IMG/VR virus record: IMGVR_UViG_3300044295_000306 | Length of the DNA stretch: 64,000 nucleotides | Direction: 5' to 3' (one strand) | Source: a virus | Taxonomy: Duplodnaviria > Heunggongvirae > Uroviricota > Caudoviricetes | Shown here: positions 55,736 to 64,000 of the stretch, in pieces | Numbering within the stretch: the stretch's first letter is position 1 | Layout of the letters: each line of letters opens with the position of its first letter | Made by a program: the position numbers and the translations under genes | The notes under the pieces: model-generated | The model's input: only the letters and a program-made list of their open reading frames with translations | Told to the model about the DNA's origin: nothing | The model's database searches: none

Positions 55736-56383
55736 TTATCCTAATGCAATAGAAAAAGCTAAAGCGGTTCCAACAGCATTATCTATAGCATTATATATTC
55801 CTGTATTTGCAGTACCAATTAAATTAACTATATTCGCAGTATTTGAATTAATCGTACTAATATTACCAGTAGCCACTATACCCGTCGTAATATTAGCGGT
55901 TGTAATATTACTTATAGTTAAATTACTCGATGTAACATTAGCACTTGTAATGGTTGCAACTGTAATACTGGTTGTATTCAAAGATGTATTGCCAACAACA
56001 GAAAGATTATTAGCAAAACTACCACTACCCGAAACAACTAAATCATCAAATCCAATAGCATCAAGAGTCACATTACCTGAAACAACAAGATTACCAGAAA
56101 TTAATACGTCACTAGAAACATTCAAAGTTACAGCATTGACACCAGATGCATTCAATGTCGTTATTGAAGCACCAGACATATTAGCCGTGGATATATAACC
56201 TCTTCCTGTAACTACAATACTATCTGCTACATTAAGAGTATTACCAGAACCTGTTATATTAATAACAGCAGAAGTATTTAATGCGGGTCCATCAGTAAGA
56301 TTATTTGCAACAGTAATTAAATTCTGAGTGGCAATTAACCATTGCTGAAATGTATTAGCTGTTGTAATCTGTTGAATAGCCAT
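55736..56383 (-). CDS. Fibre-like virion protein
   Basis: TANTFQQW start (T4 wac/fibre-like), beta repeats, ALAFSIALG end. Confidence 0.6.
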   Translation of the reverse strand: MAIQQITTANTFQQWLIATQNLITVANNLTDGPALNTSAVINITGSGNTLNVADSIVVTGRGYISTANMSGASITTLNASGVNAVTLNVSSDVLISGNLVVSGNVTLDAIGFDDLVVSGSGSFANNLSVVGNTSLNTTSITVATITSANVTSSNLTISNITTANITTGIVATGNISTINSNTANIVNLIGTANTGIYNAIDNAVGTALAFSIALG

Positions 56384-56595
56384 TACTTACCTTTATTTTC
56401 TATGTGATTTAATACAGCTTTTATCATTTCTTTTATCTCATAAACATCTTTTTCAAGAGTCTCGATTCTATGCTCTTTATGTAGATGTAACTCTCTTTTC
56501 TGATTATTCAAAGCCAAATCACCTCTATTTCTATTTAGAAGAGCTTTGGAATGCAAATCTCTTTGTAAATTACTATTTTCAGTCTGTATCTTCAT
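56383..56595 (-). CDS. Hypothetical protein
   Basis: RDLHSKALLN..., conserved position after the DUF4815-type gene. Confidence 0.65.
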   Translation of the reverse strand: MKIQTENSNLQRDLHSKALLNRNRGDLALNNQKRELHLHKEHRIETLEKDVYEIKEMIKAVLNHIENKGK

Positions 56596-56596
56596 A

Positions 56597-58117
56597 TTAA
56601 TTATTCAATGCAATTGATCTAAAATTCTTTATTCTAGGCACTTTAGTCGTATCCGAACTTGTCATTACAATCTTAATTGCAAACGTCTTGTAATTGTTAT
56701 AGGTAACACCATTCGAACCCACATAACTGCAAGTAGTTGTAGTAGGAACATACAGATATTCACGATAATCTAAATCATGTTGCGATTTAGCAGTATCTAA
56801 AAGAGTTTCATTTCCTTGCTGAACACATTGCATTACCACATAAGGTCGATTGTCAAATAAATCAGGATCTTCCGCAGATAATATCTTGTAATAAACAGTA
56901 ATATCTGTTTCGGCTAGATTAACCGCATCAATATAAATTCTTAAATTAGAAGCATCAAAACCATCATTTAATGTCACTCTTCTTGTTATATATCTAGCTA
57001 ATCCATTACCACCTTTAGCTGCCAATTCATTAGCAATCGAAATAGTTGCTGTTGTATTACCAGAAGGTACAGAAGGTGCTGCAATAGTACCCGTAATAGA
57101 ACCCAAATAACCACTACCAACAGAATCTACTATAACACTAACAACATTACCATTAGCTACAACAGCATAAGCATTAGCTCCTGAACCAGTTGATCCAGAA
57201 AGAGTAATTGACGCATTAGCTGTATATCCACTACCACTATTAGTAATTGTAAAATCAGATGCTTTTAATCCACCGTCATTAATAATGTTTTCTACTGCAA
57301 TAAGATGCAATCTGGTCAAATCGATCATTGGAGATACATTAGCATCAGTTGATGAAAGATTCGCACGAAGAATGAAAGTATTGCCTGTTGGATCGATCTT
57401 TATTCTATTATTAAGTTGGATGTTTGTTTGTGTCTTTAATGGTGTAAAACTTGATAAAACGCTTGAAGTATTATCTGTACCCTCAAAATAATAATCAATT
57501 TCGGTATTTTTGAAAGTCAAATCTTGTGTGCCTATATTAATAACATCGGCATATACTTCTGAAGATGGTCCAACATCATTGAATGTAAATGATGCGGTAT
57601 TTGACGTGTAGTATGAGAAATCGCAACGATTTACTCGGAACATCAAATCGATATCTTGATATGGGGTGTATGTTGAACCATTTTGCGATTTAAAGAATGA
57701 TCCGGTATATGGTTGTTGAGAAATTAATCTCTCTGAACCATCACCCATTGTTTGACCAATTTGGGCCACATATACTTCATATTGATCGGAATTTGTTGAA
57801 AGAACTATAGCATGTTCGCCTGGTACTAGATAAACTGGTGTAGGAAAAGTAAATCTTGTAAAACTTGGTCCAGATAGATAATCTAGATTAGGATAATCTG
57901 AGATAATAATTTGTGATGATTGAAGTGATACTTGACCAAAAGGATATACAGTAGAAGCATGAGGAAAGCCATTTACTGTTGGACGTAATTGAAGAGTAAA
58001 TGGCATGAAAGTCAGATTATCTCTTTTCTTAAAGCAGATATCAATAGAACTTACAAAAATACCTTGCGGACAATCTGATGAATCAACAAAAAATGTTTGT
58101 GCTACTGGATTGATCAT
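56597..58117 (-). CDS. DUF4815-like virion protein, C-terminal part
   Basis: PVAQTFFV...GIFVSSIDICF, GSFFKSQNG, FAIKIVM...PRIKNFRSIAL; own SD AGGA. Confidence 0.7.
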   Translation of the reverse strand: MINPVAQTFFVDSSDCPQGIFVSSIDICFKKRDNLTFMPFTLQLRPTVNGFPHASTVYPFGQVSLQSSQIIISDYPNLDYLSGPSFTRFTFPTPVYLVPGEHAIVLSTNSDQYEVYVAQIGQTMGDGSERLISQQPYTGSFFKSQNGSTYTPYQDIDLMFRVNRCDFSYYTSNTASFTFNDVGPSSEVYADVINIGTQDLTFKNTEIDYYFEGTDNTSSVLSSFTPLKTQTNIQLNNRIKIDPTGNTFILRANLSSTDANVSPMIDLTRLHLIAVENIINDGGLKASDFTITNSGSGYTANASITLSGSTGSGANAYAVVANGNVVSVIVDSVGSGYLGSITGTIAAPSVPSGNTTATISIANELAAKGGNGLARYITRRVTLNDGFDASNLRIYIDAVNLAETDITVYYKILSAEDPDLFDNRPYVVMQCVQQGNETLLDTAKSQHDLDYREYLYVPTTTTCSYVGSNGVTYNNYKTFAIKIVMTSSDTTKVPRIKNFRSIALNN

Positions 58118-58142
58118 TATTTTTCCTATAAATTTTTATCTA

Positions 58143-61100
58143 TTAATCGCTTGGTGCACCATATCCATATGATGAAGATCCTGTATCGGCATATGGAATT
58201 ATTGAAGTATATGAAGCTGGCGCACCTGATGTTAGTGGATCAGATCCCGATGGTAATCCTAAAATCCAAGGTGTTGGACCAATATCCCAGCTAACTGGAT
58301 ACCAATTATAGAATGCACCTATATTAGGATTATTACCTGAATAAAAATGACCATCATATGAGAATCCACCTTGCCAAGCAACATTCTGTGTTTTCCAATA
58401 ACTAGACCAAGATGATGGAGAAACTCCTGTTGATGTTAATATCAAACTACCAACAACTAAACCATTTTCTGATCCAGGTGTTGCTGCTCTACGATAATAT
58501 GGTCCAGTAGATGCATCATTAGCTATTGTAGGATTATACTCACTTGAAGCAATTCCTGTATATTTAGAACCAATATATACAACTCTCCATGCTATTAAAC
58601 CACCAAATGCACCCATGGGTTGTCCACCATCTCTCTGACTTACATCCCAAACAGCAGTATAAGCAACAGGCGCACCAGCATAACATAATATCAAATAATT
58701 ATCATTATCCGGAGTCGGTGCAGGCATACCAGGAACAGGAGCTGGCGTATTATCACTAATAATAGTAGTTCCTACCAATGAATCCGTAACAGCATAACTT
58801 GTCTGATTTCTTGTGTCGGAAATAGTCTTTGACTGTATCACAGGTACTCTTACAGAAACAGATACATCTTCAACAGTATTCAAATAACCCTGTGCATAGT
58901 AATTAGCATCAGCAAATGATCTAATATTATTTTCATTGTCAGAACTATCATCACATATACGGAATTTTCTTTCACCTGTCCTGAACTTATATCCATTATC
59001 ATATGATGTTGCATTATAAGAAGGTAAATGAAATATACCTACTTCACCACCAACATCATCAACAGATGCATAACCAATAGAATATACAGAAGTCGAATCA
59101 GGAATTACAGACCAACTTGATGAAATAGTTGCAGTCTTTGTTGTACCATTATATGCTGTAATAATTCTTGTTTGACCTAAACCTTTTCCACTTACAATCT
59201 TTATTGTATTAAAACCTGTCAAACTATTGTAATTAGCCGCGGTAATGTTTTCACCATAATTAAATGTTTTTGTCTTAAAGAATGTATCGGCTGCAACTAA
59301 TGAAGTCATTGTATTAGCAAAATCATTGTAAATGTTATCATATGTCATACCATTGTACAATGTAACATTACTTGAATTTGCTGATGCCACATTACCTGAT
59401 ATAATAACAGGAACGTCAATCTTTGCAGTCACACCACTTATTGATCCTGTAATAGTATCATTTGCAGCAAAAGTACCCTGAACATCAACAATATAAAGCT
59501 TTGTTGCAGGTGAACTCCAGCTATTATCAACAACTTTTAACACTTTAGCTGTACCGCCTGATGTTGATGTGATTGTTTCCGAATCACTCAGATTTACTTT
59601 AAACTTACCATTCTTATCGTAAATAGACAGGAATGAAGGTTTTTCAATAAAATTATCAACATTAGTACCATCAAAGAAATGATATGAGCGCATATTAGGC
59701 ATCATATTCTTTGCTGAATAATATACTTTTTCTGCTCTCATATAAGGAACAACTGATAAATCAACTTGTCTGTTTCCAATACTCTTGATAACAGATTCTG
59801 GTACCAAAGTATTGAATGGTTGTGTTGTTCGTGTTTGAACAGAATTTACTTGTGTTGTAGTTCTTGTAATAGTATCTTGATAAGTCAAATAACCTTCAGT
59901 TCTATTCTGTGTGAATGAAGATTGATCAGTAACAAAAGGTGTTCCTTGACTTATTGTTTGCCAATCGTTCCATACAGTACCCCAACCTGGCGCACGCGAA
60001 TCATTCAATGCTTGACCAATAGCTGCCCACGCATCATTATTACCTTCAAGATTAACTAATACATCAGGACGTTGATTTGTATCAATCCACGAATCTCCGG
60101 GAGGATCTAATTGAACTGTTCCTGTAAAGTTAGAGAACATGAATGGATTAATAGCAACCGAAGAACTATAAACATTCTGTGAAACCAACGAAACTTCCGA
60201 GAACTTCATTGATACTATATTATTCGCATATATTGATCCATATACAGTATTAGCATAATCAATTGAAAAATCAATAGAATTTGAAATGAATGATGGACGT
60301 AATTCGTTAATATTAGTATCAATTGAACATACATAATCAGGATTTTGTACGTCACCAACCGAATGTCCCTTAAATGCATCAACAAGAATACCATTCTTGA
60401 ATCTCTCTAAACCAGCAGAATCAAGAATAGACATATCAGAAGCTTGTTTTTCTAAAGTATTAAGCGTAGTATAATACTCAAGATTATTGATTCTTTTCTC
60501 TAATTTACCAATATCATTCATTGTGTAACGCTTGTTCTCAAAGTAACGAACAGTTACATCACTTGGAAAGAATGTATATGGTGGAACACCAAGGGTGTAC
60601 AGAGTCATTGAATTAGATGGCTCTGATGGTGTTTGAGGATATAGATCGGGAGTACCCTCAATTATTCTAAATTGTCTTTCGGGTGTTAATACTAGACGAT
60701 CTGCTCTAGGAACATAATATGAGTAATCAGACTGTACATATTGATCTTCTTTTGGTAATGATATACCGCTTAATGTAAAGTCTGGTGTTGTATTAGCAGC
60801 ATTAGCACGAATTGGTCTAAAATCAATACAATCCCTTAATGCATATACTTGACCGTCTGTTGGACTTGTATAATTAGGAATCTTTGCATACCTGATAGAA
60901 CTGTTAGCACCCAAGTTGGTATCAGTATATGAATCGACAGAGATATAACCAGATCCGCTATGAGTAAAGTAATTAAACAATACAAGAATCTGTCCAGATG
61001 GTGGTGTAGCACCATGATTCAATACAATACCACCATGATCATAATAAGTATCGCGTTGACCATCATCCAATGTATAGCGATATGTAATATCTTTTGATGT

Positions 61101-63236
61101 ATTGGTTAAATCAGACACACTTACTGCAACAGCGGTATTTTGTGAATCAATAACTTTAAATGATGATTTTCTTGTTGTGCCGTCTGCTTTTGTTATAGTG
61201 AAATAACCGTAATTTTCTTCAAACTTACCGTCAAGTTTATAAACATCTGACACATAAAGAACATCAGTATTGCCAGGTACTTTATTAGGAGTACTGATAG
61301 CAACTTGACCATTTGCTGAATAAATGGTTGTATTACCGATAGTTGTTCCACCAGAAACAGCCACGTTTGTTGTATTGGCTAAGTTAAGTGTTTTTGTTCT
61401 TGGTGTAGAAGCAGAATAATCAACTGTTGCAATAACATCAATAGAAGTAAATTGATTGTTGCCTAGATTAATAGCTGCTTGTGTACTTCCTGTTACTGTA
61501 ACTGTTCTGCCTGTTGCAGAAACCAATGGAATTACTGAGTTAGCAGCAAAACCGGCAGCGGCGGTTCTTGTTACAACCATGAAGTGATTAAGTCTATCTG
61601 TATCGGCAAGTGAACCATTGCCAACAAAGTAATTTGATGCAGAGCCAGTATTGATTGTTACAACATTAGATACTGGAGATTGTGCTGTAAATACTTTCTT
61701 TCCGCGATAACTTTGATCTGCCATTCCATATGCAACAAAACTTTGTGGTACTTTGAATACGAGTTTGTTATAATTGGTATCAGATAAGAATGTATTACCT
61801 GAAGCATCTTTATTTGTAGTGCTTACATCAGCATTTGCTGTGAATGTTGTTGGTGTACCTGTTGTTGCAACAACAATAGATTTTACATTCTGGATATTAT
61901 TTGCAGTAAATCTTGTATCTGTTAGATATACATCATATGTGTATGTGTTTGATAATTGGGTATTAGAAGCTGCAACATAGTCAATTTGTGCTACTCTTGC
62001 TGTACCAATTCGTGTTCCTTGATATGTCGAATTGCTAGTCTTATCGATACTAGATGCAATTACATTATGTAAATCAACAATCTGGAATGTTGAGATATTG
62101 AAAGTGCCTGATACATTAGCTGCAACAAAGTAATTTCCCAATGTTGTGGAGATATCATAGTTTGAAACATTTTGTTTGGTTCTTGCTCGGTCAACAGCAA
62201 TGTTTGTGGGCGAAATAGTTTCAAACTCAAAACCATTTACATACGCTTTACCAGCAGATAATGTTGCTGTAAATAATTCTGTGTTTGCTGTTTGACCAGC
62301 GTCTGGTATATGTTCATTTAAATTAATTGTAAATGGTTTTACGGTAAAATTACCTGATTGATCGTATGTTCTACGAGCTAGTGTTTTTTCTAGATCGGCA
62401 TAGCTTGTATATACAACGGATTTAGTCAAAACACCATTTTCAACACGGGCAATTTCAATAAACTTTGAATCATCTGTTGATGTAAGAGAGCGTTTATCAA
62501 GGGTAGCTGTAATCTTATAACGTGCAGCACCCGGTGCTTGATAATTTGAAGCTTCTAGAGCAGGATCTAGTAATGAAACATCATCTACTTCTGTGACAAT
62601 TTCATCAGTTAAAGTTAAACCAATTCTATAAGAAGGACTACTACTGTATGTATCAAGAGAGATTGTTTGTGCATCAACTTTGACGAAATAGCCATCAACG
62701 TAATAAATGCCATCATTTATACTGAAACTGCTCGAATTGCCTGTTTGTGTTGAAGCTGCTGTTATAGCTGTATTTGTTGAAGTTTCGAGTGTATATACGT
62801 TTGAGCTTGTACTGAATGTGAATGAATTGGTAGAAAAAGGTACTGTATATTGAATAATCAGGGTAGGACCATTAGCTGTATCTGTTTCATCAACGGCTAG
62901 GACTTTAGCGATACCTGCATTACTTGAATTGCCTAGATCGTTGGTAATGATTTTGCCATTGAAATTATTAGCAACAATGAAATTGCCATTAGCGTCAGTT
63001 GTTTTAAGTTTTAGATATTTAACAAAATTTGAATATGTTTGTTCGCCACCTGTTATTAATGAGCCATTTTTGAATATGTTATTACCAAAACGACTTACTT
63101 GATTTTGAAGAATAGATTGAATTTGAGTAAGTTCACGGGCTTGAACTGCATAACCTGGACGAAATAGAATTTTAAGAAACTTTTTCGCTTCATCAAAATC
63201 ATCATAATATGGATTTATATTAAAATCTGTTATCAT
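58143..63236 (-). CDS. DUF4815-like giant virion structural protein, N-terminal part
   Basis: PYYDDFD...FRPGYAVQARELTQIQ, YTMNDIGKLEKRI..LEYYT, RFKNGILVDAF. Confidence 0.8.
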   Translation of the reverse strand: MITDFNINPYYDDFDEAKKFLKILFRPGYAVQARELTQIQSILQNQVSRFGNNIFKNGSLITGGEQTYSNFVKYLKLKTTDANGNFIVANNFNGKIITNDLGNSSNAGIAKVLAVDETDTANGPTLIIQYTVPFSTNSFTFSTSSNVYTLETSTNTAITAASTQTGNSSSFSINDGIYYVDGYFVKVDAQTISLDTYSSSPSYRIGLTLTDEIVTEVDDVSLLDPALEASNYQAPGAARYKITATLDKRSLTSTDDSKFIEIARVENGVLTKSVVYTSYADLEKTLARRTYDQSGNFTVKPFTINLNEHIPDAGQTANTELFTATLSAGKAYVNGFEFETISPTNIAVDRARTKQNVSNYDISTTLGNYFVAANVSGTFNISTFQIVDLHNVIASSIDKTSNSTYQGTRIGTARVAQIDYVAASNTQLSNTYTYDVYLTDTRFTANNIQNVKSIVVATTGTPTTFTANADVSTTNKDASGNTFLSDTNYNKLVFKVPQSFVAYGMADQSYRGKKVFTAQSPVSNVVTINTGSASNYFVGNGSLADTDRLNHFMVVTRTAAAGFAANSVIPLVSATGRTVTVTGSTQAAINLGNNQFTSIDVIATVDYSASTPRTKTLNLANTTNVAVSGGTTIGNTTIYSANGQVAISTPNKVPGNTDVLYVSDVYKLDGKFEENYGYFTITKADGTTRKSSFKVIDSQNTAVAVSVSDLTNTSKDITYRYTLDDGQRDTYYDHGGIVLNHGATPPSGQILVLFNYFTHSGSGYISVDSYTDTNLGANSSIRYAKIPNYTSPTDGQVYALRDCIDFRPIRANAANTTPDFTLSGISLPKEDQYVQSDYSYYVPRADRLVLTPERQFRIIEGTPDLYPQTPSEPSNSMTLYTLGVPPYTFFPSDVTVRYFENKRYTMNDIGKLEKRINNLEYYTTLNTLEKQASDMSILDSAGLERFKNGILVDAFKGHSVGDVQNPDYVCSIDTNINELRPSFISNSIDFSIDYANTVYGSIYANNIVSMKFSEVSLVSQNVYSSSVAINPFMFSNFTGTVQLDPPGDSWIDTNQRPDVLVNLEGNNDAWAAIGQALNDSRAPGWGTVWNDWQTISQGTPFVTDQSSFTQNRTEGYLTYQDTITRTTTQVNSVQTRTTQPFNTLVPESVIKSIGNRQVDLSVVPYMRAEKVYYSAKNMMPNMRSYHFFDGTNVDNFIEKPSFLSIYDKNGKFKVNLSDSETITSTSGGTAKVLKVVDNSWSSPATKLYIVDVQGTFAANDTITGSISGVTAKIDVPVIISGNVASANSSNVTLYNGMTYDNIYNDFANTMTSLVAADTFFKTKTFNYGENITAANYNSLTGFNTIKIVSGKGLGQTRIITAYNGTTKTATISSSWSVIPDSTSVYSIGYASVDDVGGEVGIFHLPSYNATSYDNGYKFRTGERKFRICDDSSDNENNIRSFADANYYAQGYLNTVEDVSVSVRVPVIQSKTISDTRNQTSYAVTDSLVGTTIISDNTPAPVPGMPAPTPDNDNYLILCYAGAPVAYTAVWDVSQRDGGQPMGAFGGLIAWRVVYIGSKYTGIASSEYNPTIANDASTGPYYRRAATPGSENGLVVGSLILTSTGVSPSSWSSYWKTQNVAWQGGFSYDGHFYSGNNPNIGAFYNWYPVSWDIGPTPWILGLPSGSDPLTSGAPASYTSIIPYADTGSSSYGYGAPSD

Positions 63237-63244
63237 CTTAACCC

Positions 63245-64000
63245 TTAAAATTTAAATACAAGTCTAATATTCTCTGATTGACCATCAACTCTTTGAACTT
63301 TCGACACATTTTCTGCATACAATATATCACCAGAATATGGTTCAAACTCTGGATTCGTGTAAGAAACAACAAATCTGTATATCCCCGATGTTTGTCCATA
63401 TAAAGCACGTCCAACAGAAGGTGTTCCTCTCACATTGGTCAATTTTATTGTTCCTGATGCTAATGAATCAACAACAAATCCACTAAATGTAGGAGCAGTC
63501 AAACTACCCTGATAAACGTACTCATTTAATGTGTAATCACTACCATATGAAACCGTAACATCTGTTGTCTGAGAAATCACAGTATTAGAAACAGATACAG
63601 TTTCAGCACTTGTTTCGTTATATTTATATGGGTTTACAAGCAATCCATATGTTCCAAAATTAGTATTTGCTGATATTAAACCGCTCTCAGAGGTATCATT
63701 TTCACCTATAATCACTGAAATCATGGCATTGTTAGCACCCAATTCAAGAGCTGGATTATAAGCATGACCATACTTTGGCGGCAATACTGCCCTTACATTA
63801 GCTCCACTTCCTGTACCATAAACATATACATTAGCATATCCATAGCCTGAACCCGGATTATTGACGTCCACTCTTGCTATGGAATTATTCGTTATTACAG
63901 AAGAACCTGTAGCTGATATGCCATCACCATCTATTGATACTCTTGTTTGGAAATTAATCTGACCATTACCTGAACTGGATGTTGGTGTTGAAAGGGTAAT
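63245..64000 (-). CDS. 8: Baseplate wedge gp8-like protein (partial, open to window end)
   Basis: GHAYNPALELGA, YSGDILYAEN...Q.ENIRLVFKF; frame stays open from 63871 to 64000. Confidence 0.8.
   Translation of the reverse strand: MTLSTPTSSSGNGQINFQTRVSIDGDGISATGSSVITNNSIARVDVNNPGSGYGYANVYVYGTGSGANVRAVLPPKYGHAYNPALELGANNAMISVIIGENDTSESGLISANTNFGTYGLLVNPYKYNETSAETVSVSNTVISQTTDVTVSYGSDYTLNEYVYQGSLTAPTFSGFVVDSLASGTIKLTNVRGTPSVGRALYGQTSGIYRFVVSYTNPEFEPYSGDILYAENVSKVQRVDGQSENIRLVFKF

Noticed and set aside
1310-61980. Plus-strand ORFs in the track (for example 1310-1765, 28881-29186, 33719-34072, 55617-56198)
   Set aside because: All lie opposite well-supported minus-strand genes, lack SD signals and read as antisense shadows.
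1-64000. Stop-codon reassignment
   Set aside because: Core genes are full length in the standard code and end in TAA, TGA and TAG; the observed splits involve frame changes or inserted genes, not in-frame stops.

Overview
A 64 kb, AT-rich segment of a T4-like (Tevenvirinae/cyanophage-type) myovirus genome. Every supportable gene is on the minus strand. In transcription order (right to left) it holds: the gp8 baseplate C-terminus, a split DUF4815-like virion protein, a block of fibre, chaperone and holin-like genes, the neck/tail/head core (gp13-14-15-16-17-18-19-20-67-68-21-22-23-3), the uvsY-uvsW-gp55-gp47-gp46-def block, a candidate DNA hypermodification trio (partner protein, FkbM methyltransferase, TAGT-like glycosyltransferase), a vWA/MoxR(CobS)/wHTH module, gp1-45-44-62-regA-hsp20, accessory genes, nucleotide-metabolism genes, the gp43-uvsX-gp41 replication block, and a late operon (nuclease-like, ligase-like, glycosyltransferases). 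Most notable: (1) gp43 is split into two ORFs around a free-standing GIY-YIG endonuclease whose RBS sits in a perfect 12-bp hairpin overlapped by a late promoter, and the new polymerase ends carry charge-complementary helices; (2) a late, head-targeted ATP-dependent-ligase-fold protein is split by a frame change and lies next to a PD-(D/E)xK-like nuclease; (3) the TAGT+FkbM module; (4) a near-consensus antisense sigma70 promoter immediately upstream of gp55; (5) a fibre/chaperone cassette array with exact internal repeats. No tRNA, rRNA or CRISPR array was seen. All family calls are from motif recognition and synteny, not database searches.
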